Positions 42,368 through 54,300 of a DNA stretch of 64,000 nt are shown here, in pieces (within the stretch, counting starts at the first letter, position 1; each line of letters starts with the position of its first letter). The DNA is from Camelus dromedarius (lineage: Eukaryota), in the NCBI RefSeq assembly GCF_036321535.1, contig NC_087451.1:52080001-52144000 (forward strand), read 5' to 3'. The position numbers and the translations under genes are program-made. The notes under the pieces are model-generated. The model searched no databases and was not told the origin of the DNA. It worked only from the letters and a program-made list of their open reading frames with translations.

Positions 42368-45300
42368 ATGGCCGAGATGGAAGCTGCGCAGCTGAAGGAG
42401 GAAGGGAACCGACATTTCCAGCTGCAGGACTACAAGGCTGCGACCAAGAGCTACAGCCAGGCCCTGAAGCTGACCAAGGATAAGGCCCTGCTGGCCACGC
42501 TCTATCGGAACCGGGCGGCCTGTGGCCTGAAAACGGTCTGGGCTGGGGAGGGACAGGGGGCTGAGGGTGTGGAGGCAGCCCCCTCACCCTGATCCCTGTG
42601 TCTGTCACCCAGCCCTCTCACCTGGACCCCTCAGGGTGGAGAGCGGCACCTCCCACTGCTTTCCTGGATCCCCCGCCTGCCCCACTCCTCTGCGAGACAG
42701 AAACCCATCCAGATGGGAACCAGCCTAATGGGAACCGGCATCGTGCCGGTGGGGAAGGTGGGGGCTTCTCATATGTTATTTTGTGGCATCTTACCGACAG
42801 CCTGGGAGGCCACTGCTGCTGTCAGGCCCATATCACAGGCAGAAACTCAAGGCTCAGGGCTCCATCACTGGCCCAAGATCTCCAGGTCGTTAGTGGCAGA
42901 CCTGGGTTCAGTTTGCCTGATGCCAAAGCTCACCTGCTTTTCCATGCCCAGTGGGGGCGCTCCTCTGGCCTCTGACAGTGGCAGCTCCCAGCAAGCCCTC
43001 TCTGCACCTCGGGGACCCTCTCTGGCTGTCTCTGCATTGGACCTGCACTAACTGAGTTTCTTCCTTCCCCATTTCTCAGGAGAACTATGTTCAGGCGGCT
43101 TCAGATGCTTCGAGAGGTGAGGCCCTTCACCTTGCCCTTGCCCTCCCTACCCCACCCCCCACCCCACATCCCTGTTTTGTCTAAGAAGCTCTTGAGACCC
43201 ACAAGAATTACAGATTGTATAAACGTCACCCTAGGCGTTGTAGGCGGGGCTTCAGTTGTACCGCTCTTATGTGAAAGGAGAGCTCGAGAAAAGCCAGACT
43301 GGAGTCACATTTTTACATATTAAATATGCTGGGGGCAGCTTCTCTTCTGAGAAGGATGCTTGCAGAAATCCTTTTGTCACAGTAATGACACAGCCAGTTT
43401 GTTGTAAGTTAGGATATGCTCACAGTGGGGTGGGGGTGGGGTGTCCTCAGAACCAGGGCATCAGCCTGGTCCACTCTGGGGGAGGCCAGGCATCCTGAGG
43501 GGAGGACACTAGGAGAAACAAACATCCATCAGCGCTGGCCTTGGAGTGCCTCAATAGCCTATAGGATAGTGTGTGATCATTAGAATAGAATGGAATTGAA
43601 TAAACAGTGATCAAAATGGGAAGTCTTCTCCTGGCCGTATTTTTAGGGCTATAATATGCAGGGTGAAGGGGATTTTCCTCTGCGCAGGTCTGTGTTGGAT
43701 TTTGATTTGGTCACCATTTTTTAGGAGAAACAGAGATAGTCTGGAGTGAGTTCAGAAGGGAGGGGCCCAGCTGGGAGGGGACATCCCCTGAAGAGCAGCT
43801 GAGAGAAGTGGCAATATTTAGCTTGAGCTCCCAGGTGGGATGGAGAGCTGCTTTCAAATACCTAAAAGGCTGTCACAAGGAGGAAGGATTGGATTTCATC
43901 TCACAGGTTCCAGGGCTGGACTTAAAAGGGCAAGTTTACAGGGAGATACATTTGGTAGGAAGAAGGAAGAGCTTTCTGCCTTGGAAGGAGGGAGCTCCCC
44001 ACTGCTGGAGGTATGCAAGCACCAGTTGGATAAGCACTTGGCAGGGATCATGGAACAGAGGCTGGAGCATCAGACATTGGGCGAGATAACCCTTAAGCTC
44101 CCTTCCAACCTTGAGACTGTGATTCTTTCTGCCTCCCTAACAAAGGGGAGCCTTGGGCCAGATAGTCTGCTTGGGTTCATATACTCCAAGACATAGAAGC
44201 CTTGGAGTTGGGGGCAGCGGTGGGGGATGGAGGAAGGTGGTCTGCACGCCAGTCCCCTGAGGCCCTCCCTGTCTCCCTCGTTAGCCATTGACATCAACTC
44301 CTCGGACATCAAGGCTCTGTATCGGCGATGCCAGGCACTGGAGCACCTGGGGAAGTTGGACCAGGCCTTCAAGGATGTGCAGCGCTGTGCCACCCTGGAG
44401 CCACGGAACCAGAACTTCCAGGAGACTCTAAGGAGGCTCAACACCAGCATCCAGGAGAAGGTGAGCGGGTCCCCTTCCCACGAGCCCTGGTTACCTCCCC
44501 TTATTCCTGGTAGGGACAAGTTAGGGGAACAGGACCCCAGGGCAGGGCTAGCCAACCTCCACACTTTTGGATGGAGTGGGCACGTGGTGAAGAACAGCCG
44601 AGCAGGTGCACCTGTCTGTGAGTGATCAGAGATGCTGTGATGCTTATCCGAGCATGCAAGCCAGCCAGAAGTAGAACATCAGTCATTCAAATTCCAGATG
44701 GAGGCCTCTTTAAAAAAATTGCAACTTAGTGTGTCCTCAATACAATCTTCCTCTCTTTCTAGGATGACAAAGGCAGCAGGAAAAATCTAGAAAAGGTGAA
44801 GGGAGGGTATTACTGGGGAATGGAGGAGAGCCAGGAACCAGTAAGGACAGGAAATCTTTTCTAGGAAAATGAAGTGGTGTTAGGAGAACTTGGACCAGAA
44901 GTGAAGAATCCTGCACCCTAGTCCTGGCTTAGCTACCAATTTTCTGAGGGGCTCCTTGGGGTGTCGGCTTCTCCACTGTAAGAGCAGGAGGGTAACTGAT
45001 CACACAGCTCCGTGCTCCAAGACACAGTAACTCCTGTGTGCCTGGGGCAGCCCCCAGGGGGGACCACAGCATAATGTCCAGAGTGCAGACCCAAGGGCTG
45101 ACAAAATACAGACTAAAGAGTGATCAGAGTAGGGGTGGTGAATGAGAGATTCCCCCACCCCCAAGAAAGGAAATGATCCCAGGAGGGAAATAGGTGGCAC
45201 TGTGGACCAGCAGAACAAAGCAGTGGGAGGTACTGAAGGAGCTGGGAAGATGGGAGACGATGTTTGGTTACGTCATTTTATGAAAGTTTCAGAGCATTGG

Positions 45301-48300
45301 GGTTGGGGTTGGGAGAGTGAGGGATGAGACATTTGAAAATAATGGTTTTAATTTGCTTAAACAGGGAGTTGAAAACCATTTCAGGGTCTGATCCTGTAGA
45401 TATATTTCTGTTTTAGCCCATATTTAAATATCTACTAGGTAATTGTTTACTCAACTGCAAAATTGGGGTGATGATACTTTGCCTTCCAAGACTTGTGAAG
45501 ACCAAATGGGCCAGTGAATGTAACTAGACTGTGAGCTCTGTGGGGCAAGGACTTGATTTTGTTCACAATTCTGTCCTCGGCATCTGTCAGTGTCTGATTC
45601 GTAGTAGCTGTTCAGTAAATGTTTGTTGAATGAATGAATGATGGAGGGCAGCAGGAAGACTAGTTACCCTAATACTAACTGAGATGAACTTTATATGGAG
45701 CCGACTGAAATGATACGGATGTCGGCCTGCCTCATTTCCCACTCGCTCCTCTCTCCTCAGCTTCGTGTGCAGTTCTCCACAGACTCGAGGGTTCAGAAAA
45801 TGTTTGAAATTCTCCTGGACGGAAACAGTGAAGCCGATAAACTGGAGAAGGTGAGTGCTGGGCAACCATCTGGTCAGCAGAGGGCGCTCTCGGGACCCGC
45901 TGGGTAACTGCACATCGGCTGTAGGCTCCGCCCCCAACGCCCTGCCAGGTTGCGGGACCGGGAGTCGGGAAGCGGCTCCTTGGAGGAAGCGGACAAAGAC
46001 GGGCCAAACGTTAAGCAGTTTAGAAAACAAGGTGAATTATAAAAAGGACCGGGATTAGGGTGACACCACTGAGGAGAGTCATGCAGCAGGGTTGGATCCT
46101 GTCTTTATCTTTTTGATGTTTTGTTTATCACGGATTTTTTTGCATTGCACTGATTTTGATATTTTAAAATATTGCAATAAATATCATTTATCTTGATTAC
46201 AGAGGTCTTTGGTGTCCCTGTAAATTTTGCAACCAAGGGGAGTGTCTTACTTGCCTCACCCTAGTTTTGACCCTGAGATACAATGACACATTAAAATGTT
46301 TTATTCTATTTCAAAATATTGCAAAAAGTCATTCTGAAACATGAAAATATTTATTCATAATATTATCCTCTTAGCCAAATTTGTTGCATTAGAAAAATGT
46401 TTTTCTATTCCTTCAGAGGAGAAAAAATGAACATCTGAATATTTATAAGAACTTGACAGACAGTGCCTGGGGAATTTTTTAGTTTTATGGTCAATAAGTC
46501 CATATAATATGCAAATATCTTTTATAACAAACTCTTATGAGGATTTAATGAGTTGTTCTAGATAAAAGCGCTTTGGAAAGTACAAAGCCCTTGACTGATA
46601 GTGATGACGGTTCTGCTGATGCTTGCCTGGAATTCCCTGATCAGCCTCCTCCCCAGCATCTTACTCTCCATCTATTTGCCCACCTCTTCCTCTTCTTGCC
46701 TCATGAATTCTTTGCCCAACCCCATGGTCTGAAGTCCTGCTCCAGTCCTCCTCTCCAGATCTGGAGATTTTGACCCACAATTGGCTGCCTGCGGTTACAG
46801 AGGGCCGACTGTACTATGCCATTTTATGTAAGGGACTGGAGCATCCATGGATTTTGTTATGTGTGGGGGTCCAGAAACCAATCTCCTGTGGATACTGAGG
46901 AATGACTGTACATGTATCCTCAAGGAGGAAGGTTTTTGGTTGGGAAGATACTTGAAAACCTAGCTCAACTGTCTACTTTTATAGAAATCAATCTGGAGCC
47001 CAGAGAGGTGCTATGACTTGCTCAAGGTCACACAGCTAGCATGTGGCAGAATCAGCACTCAAACCCAAGGCTTTCAAATCCCAGCTAGTGCTTCCTCTGC
47101 CCACAACCTCCAGCCTTCTGGAGCAACCCTGCAACTTCAGATTACCCTGAACAGATGAACAGAAAAATATCAAAACCATATTCAAGGAAAATTTTAAAGG
47201 AAAATATTTCTCCATGTAAAGACATTTCACTTCTGTTAAAAAATAAACTGAGACATATTAACATTTTAAAGAGTTTATTTGAGCAAAATCTGTTTGCACT
47301 GGGCAGCGCCAAACCAGAAGTGGTGAGGGACCCTCCACCGACAGGGACTAGGAGAAAGACTTTCACAGAAAAGAGGTGGAAGCAAAGAAAGGCAATTATT
47401 TGATTGGCTGTGGTTTAAGCAATTACATTACTTGGGAAAGCCTACTTAGCTGTTTATGATTGGTTGTCTCTAAATTTCAATTTCTTAACCTTAAGGCAAT
47501 ACAAGGTTAGGTTTGGGTTTGCTTACTTAGTTGTAAGGCTTTGAAGCCACCTCAGTCTAACAGCCTCCTTAATTGAACACTTCTCTACCTTTAAAAATTC
47601 CTTATCCACACGCATATAGACACAGTTTTATTTTACCATAAGTGCAATCCAAGTGAACCAAGGATTCTGTTTCTACTTATCAATGTTTTTTCCAAGTTAC
47701 TCAGGAGTCTTCTCATTCGTGACTTTCGTGGCTGAAATATAGAACTTTATTGCAAGTCACTTTGTTTCTTGTTTTGAATTATGTTCTTGGGTTACGTTTC
47801 CAGAAATGGGATTACAGGGCGGGAGAATATAAAGATGTCTTGAAGACCCAGTCCTCACACCAGCTCCTCACCTTGGCCCATGGCCGAGACCTCGGTAGCT
47901 AGACCTCCCTCACGACCTTCATGGTTTCCTCCCTCCTTCAGGCTGCCAACAACCTCATTGTCCTAGGCCGTGAGGAAGCAGGGGCAGAGAGGATCTTCCA
48001 GAACAACGGCGTGGCCTTGCTGCTGCAGCTCGTGGACACTAAGAAGCCTGAGCTGGTGTTGGCTGCGGTGCGGACCTTGTCCGGCATGTGCAGTGGACAC
48101 CGAGCGAGGGTGAGGCGGGGTGGGGTTCATGGTGGGGATGGCTGCCAGTCTGAGGACCTGGAGTGGGCATGTGGGCAGGGTGTGGCTGGCATGACAGCCC
48201 CTGATACAATGTCTAAGGTGTCCCCCTTCAACCTTGGTTGCCTGGTCCCGGATCCAACAGAGGCTGACCCTCTCGTTTTCCTTTGAGCTGGGAGTGGGTC

Positions 48301-51300
48301 TAACTAAGCAAAGATAAATTCATTGAAAGTGGTTTATGAGGAAGAGCTGAATGCAAAGGCTATGAGGAGAGTTCACTGTTTTTCATATTAAGTCTTTGGA
48401 ATCCAGAGTGCATCTTACATTCAGTCCATCTCAAGTGGACTTGCCACCTTGCACGTGTTCAGTGACTTCCCCAGCACGAGTGGCTACTATATTGGACAAA
48501 GCAGCTCTGCACCTCTGGAAAGGGGCCTGGATTGTGTCAAGGGCCTTTCCAGGCCATGGGCCCCATGAGGCATCAGCTGCCTGGGCGAACGTCCCTACTG
48601 CCTGGGTGGCTATCACCCACCCCCTAACCTGCCCGGCAGCTGGAAGGGAAGGGAAGTGTAGGCAGCTGACTGTGGTTCTTGCTGGGGTGGGGTGGGGGGT
48701 GGGGCTTCTAGGCCACAGCGATTCTCCACGCCGTCCGGATAGACCGAATCTGCAGCCTCATGGCCGTGGAGAACCAGGAGATGTCTCTGGCCGTCTGCAA
48801 CCTGCTCCAGGCCATCATCGACGCTCTGTCTGGGGAGGACAAGCAAGAGCATCGAAGGAAGGAGGAGGCCCTGGTTCTGGGTAGGAGACAGTCTTCGGTT
48901 TTGGTGCCGGCGGGTAGGGGGCAAGGAAGAGTCAGTTACCACCTCGGACTGGGCACTCCCTCTATATAGAGGTGTTCAGGTTTTATTTTTTCATTTATTT
49001 TCTGATGATNNNNNNNNNNNNNNNNNNNNNNNNNNNNNNNNNNNNNNNNNNNNNNNNNNNNNNNNNNNNNNNNNNNNNNNNNNNNNNNNNNNNNNNNNNN
49101 NNNNNNNNNNNNNNNNNNNNNNNNNNNNNNNNNNNNNNNNNNNNNNNNNNNNNNNNNNNNNNNNNNNNNNNNNNNNNNNNNNNNNNNNNNNNNNNNNNNN
49201 NNNNNNNNNNNNNNNNNNNNNNNNNNNNNNNNNNNNNNNNNNNNNNNNNNNNNNNNNNNNNNNNNNNNNNNNNNNNNNNNNNNNNNNNNNNNNNNNNNNN
49301 NNNNNNNNNNNNNNNNNNNNNNNNNNNNNNNNNNNNNNNNNNNNNNNNNNNNNNNNNNNNNNNNGTGTAAAATGAAAAATGTTCTATGGATGGATGGCGG
49401 TGATGGTTATGCAACAACGTGAGTGTACTTAATGCCCTGAACTGTACGCTTTAAGATGGTGCATCTTATTTTATGTATTTTTATACAATTAAAAAAAGAA
49501 ACAGAGGCTTATTGGAGATATTTGAAAGATTTTAGAAATATGTGAAGATGAAAAAAACAAGCCAGTCTCCAGATAATCACTATTATCACTGCCATGTGTA
49601 TCCTTTCAGTCTTTTTTTCTATCCATCCATATAAATATCTATTTAACAAAGCTGGAATTCAGCTATGGGCGGTTTTGTGTTTTTCCCCTTTCTAAGCATT
49701 GTAGTAGTATTGCATACCATTTAATATTCCTAAAGAGGATTCCTTTTGACTTTAATAATTATTATTTTGACATTTGTCTCATTCCTGCATATATACACAT
49801 ACAAGCTCATGTTTCTTCCTGCACATCCAGGTCCTAGACATCATTTTCGAACTTCCTGCTCAGCCTGGGAAGGGCACAGAGGCAGGTTCACTCATAGAAA
49901 ATTTGACCTTAAATAATTCTATTATATTCCATTGTATGGCAATATTATAATTCATTAATCAGCCCTATGCTATTGGAGATTTAGATTGTCTCTAATTGCA
50001 TGCTTATAAAAAAATTTCAGTTGCCATTCTTTATGTAAATCTCTGTTTGCATTTGTAATTATTTTCTTGGAACAAATTCCTAGAAACTGGAGTTAAATGC
50101 TATGAATGTAAATAAAGCTCTTTCACATTCCTTTCTGAGGGTGCAACAATTTGTGCTCTCACCAAGTGATGGTAAGAGTTCTAGTCTCAAATCATTCTCA
50201 CCAGATTCGAATACTGTCATTCTTACTGATACTCTCCTATTCAATAGGTAAAAATTATCTTGCTTGGATTTTTTAAATTAACTAATGATATTGATCATTT
50301 TTCCTTATTCTTATTAGCCATTTGGTTTTGTCTTGAAAAGGCTTGTTCATGTTATCTATTTTTCCTCTTGGAGTATCAGTGTTTTTCTTATTGATTCAGC
50401 AGAGCTCTTTGGAGATTAATAATTTTGACCTGTCTGGAGTCCTGAATTCTTGATGTGGTTCTGACTTACTGTTGTAATGATCAGCAAGTCATGTTCTTTC
50501 TCTGCACTAGAATCATTGGAGGGTCCAAGATGTCTTCACTCATGGCCGGCGGTTAACTGGACGTGCTGGCCAGGGCACCTTGGTTTTACTCCTTGTAGCC
50601 TCTCTGGCAGGCAGCTTAAGTTTCTGTGTAACATGGCGGCTGCATTTTGAATGGACAAGCCCACTGTGCAAGGGTTTTTAAGCCTCCTGGTGTGCCATAA
50701 GATCACAAGACCAACCCAGGGCCAGTATGGGAGGAGACTCCCCAAGAGCATGTTTCATTGGGGACTGCAACTTCCTCAGGAGGTAGTGAGCTGTTGGACA
50801 TCTCTGCTGAAGAATTCTTCCATATAGTGATTTCAGCTCTATCTGCTTGTAGCTCCACCCACCTCTGGTCCCAGTTCTGCCCTCTGGAGTCCCACAGAAT
50901 AAGTCTCATGACATACCTTTATCTCATGTCCACTCATGTCTTTCCTTCTCTTGTTAAATAGCCCCATTTCTTCATCATTGATTTATATGACATGACTAGG
51001 CGATTTTTCATTTTCTACCTGCCTGCCCTTGGGCTCCAACTCAGAATGAGGACAAAAATCTCCAAGTTCCAGAAAGGTCAGACAGGGCAAAAGCAGGAAG
51101 AGGCATTTGCTTTTAAGATCCGCAGTGAACAGGGAAGAGCTGGTATCCCAGCAAAGGCTTGAAATTCAGGCTCCCAGCATGCCTGAATTTGTGGGGAGTA
51201 AGATGTATGTAGGGAGTGTAAATTTCCTTTCTGGAAAACATTTTATTAAATCAGTGTAGTAGGAACTGCATGAAGCATCTCTGGATCCCTGCCAGTCATT

Positions 51301-54300
51301 GCCTGGGAGTGAAGAACTTTCTAAGAACCAGAGCTGTTCACGTATGGAATAGGCTGTTGCAGAGGTCAGCGTTCAGAGTGGCTGGAGGACCCCTTGGGGG
51401 TGTTGTTTAGAGAGTTCCCTTCCTTTTTTTGGAGTGAGATGGGCAATACTATACTTCCCTGGGAAATTCCAAAATCTAGGAAGCAGTGGATTCAGTATTT
51501 CCAGAGTCCTTCCAGAAGCCTCTGCCATCACTGGTTCTACAGCCCTGAGACTCCCTAGTCCTTTTGATTTACCACTGTCCTCTCCTTCCTCAGACACCAA
51601 GAAGGACCTGAAGCAGATCACCAACCACCTGCTCGACATGCTGGTCAGTAAGAAGGTGTCTGGCCAGGGCAGGGATCAGGCCCTGAACCTGCTCAATAAG
51701 AATGTCCCCAGGAAGGACCTTGCCATTCAAGACAACTCACGCACCATCTATGTGGTGGATAACGGTGAGGAGATGGGAGGGCCGGGGCTCACCCCAGCCT
51801 TTTCAGTGGGCAACCAGCGTACCAGGCACCTAGCAGAAAGTGGAAGGGGTATGGCTCTTGTCTGGGAGAAGTCTTCATTCCCAACTGAAAAGCCGGGAAA
51901 GTGTATTAGCATATTAGGATCCACCAGTGTACTGGTGAGGGTGTAGGTCAAGGTTCTGAATTCAGGACCTGAACACACGCAGAGAACACAACACACTGAG
52001 GAACATCTCGGTGGAGTTTCCTGACAAGCGAGGAAGTCTGGGGAAAAGAGAATATAAAACAGTATTAGAGGGAGGTTATATATCAAGGCACAGATTGTCA
52101 GCACTGGTAGAGACCTCTGAGATCAACTAGTCTTGATTTTGTAAATGTGAAAATAGAGGCTCATAGCAGGAAGGGGATTGCTCAGGTTCGGGCAGAGTCA
52201 GGTGTAAAACCTGGCTCTCCTGGCCCCATCCCAGGGATAAGCCACTCTGGATAAGCCATGCGCTGCCCAAAGGCAGGCGGAGAGAGCTGGAGATAAGACA
52301 CAGTTGAGTGAGGGGGCTGCTTGTGAGGACAGGGCCCAGCAGGCATCTTCCACCTGCTGCCGTCCATCCCACAGGCCTGAGGAAGATCTTGAAAGTGGTG
52401 GGGCAGGTTCCAGATCTGCCGTCTTGCCTGCCCCTGACTGACAACACCCGCATGCTGGCCACTATCCTCATCAACAAGCTCTACGATGACCTGCGCTGTG
52501 ACCCGGAGCGCGATCACTTCCGCAAGATCTGCGAGGAGTACATCACGTGAGTTTCCTGAAGGGGCGGGCTCTGTATTAGTCATCGGTGGCTGTGTAACAA
52601 GTTACTCCAAAATTTAGGAGCTTAAAATGAGAGAAACCATTTATTGGCTCACAACATGACAGCAGTTTGTCAGAGGCTTGGTGGGGTAGTTCTGGCTTTG
52701 GGGCTGACAAGTTACAGTCACATGTGGGCCTGGGCTGCAGTCATCCGAAGGCTGTACTGGGGCTGGGAGATGTGCTTCCAAGATGGCACACTCATGTGGC
52801 CCCCAAATCATACACTTCTCCTACCTCCTCCTTGGCCAGTTTTCTTGACCATGCTTGCCCTGTGTTTTAGGGGCAAGTTTGACCCCCAGGACATGGACAA
52901 GAATGTGATTGCCATCCAGACAGTGTCAGGGATCCTGCAAGGCCCCTTTGACCTGGGCAATCAGCTGCTGGGACTGAAAGGTGTGATGGAGATGATGGTG
53001 GCGCTGTGTGGCTCAGAGCGGGAGACAGACCAGCTGGTGGCTGTGGAGGCCCTCATCCATGCGTCCACCAAGCTCAGCCGCGCCACCTTCATCATCACCA
53101 ATGGTGTGTCGCTGCTCAAAGAGATCTACAAGACCACCAAGAACGAAAAGATCAAGATCCGCACGCTGGTGGTGAGTGGGCCGGGTACCAGACTCATCCG
53201 GGACACAGGGACACCCGGAGAAAGGAGACGTGAGGAGACCACGTGGTAGGAGGCACCCAGAGCAAGGGGACAAGCAGGAGGCTATGAGAATATGGATTCA
53301 GAATGGGGGATCCTGCTGCGGAGCCCTGACGACGTTCGCCCCAATGCTTTGGAGTGAAATTAACACTGCTGAGTTTTTGTCCAGCAAGTAGTTTTAGTGC
53401 AGACTCCAAAAAGTCAGTTTGGGGGTGTGTAGGGGGGTACAGCTCAGGGGTAGAGTGCGTGCTGAGCATGCCTGAGGTCCTGGGTTCAATCCCCAGTACA
53501 ACCAAAAAAGTCAGTTTTTCCTTAATCAGTTTCTACATAGCATAGTGAAACCTGCTGCATTTTTTTCCATTTTATTTTTACGGAAAATACTTTTATTGAC
53601 CTTTTTCTCGTCAGCAATTACAGTGAGGATGTGAGTCACTGATCTGGTTTTTCATATCAGTTTTAAAAAAACGAATTTTATCTGCTGCCATGGTGGGTTT
53701 TCTCTTACGGGAGACATTTTTTCCCCAGGTAAACACCTGCCCATCCGAATTTGTCACCCACAAAATATGATTTCACTGCCAGTTTTTGTGTCATACGTTT
53801 TCTCATTGCGATTTCAGATCTGGTTACTATTCTCCTGTGCTGACTTTTCAAAATGAAGACACAAAGCATCAGTAGAGGGAAGGGGTAGGGTAAAAGCCTC
53901 CAGCTTTGTGGACGTCTACCCTAACCGGGAAGCCTCAGGGAAGGCATCTCGGAGGAGGTGACACCTGAGCTGAGTTCTGTAGGACGCGCTGAAGTTTATC
54001 CAGGCAAAGAAAAGGGGCAAAGGATTCCAGCCCCAGGGACCTGTTTAAGCCAGGCTTTGTCCCCAAGCCTTGGTGTCTCTGATCCTCCATGTCTCCCCTC
54101 CTCCGCAGGGACTCTGTAAACTTGGTTCTGCAGGCGGCACAGACTACGGTCTCCGGCAGTTTGCTGAAGGGTCCACAGAGAAGCTGGCCAAACAGTGTCG
54201 CAAGTAAGGGGGTCTTATTTCCCCAGGCCCACCGTCTCCTCTCCAGGATGTGCCCTAGTGGATGCCAGATAGGCCACCCACCTGCTGCCCACTCCCCTGA

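Noticed and set aside
50630-50640. YY1 consensus AACATGGCGGC in UNC45B intron 7
   Set aside because: An isolated motif within what looks like old LTR/LINE debris, with no supporting context.
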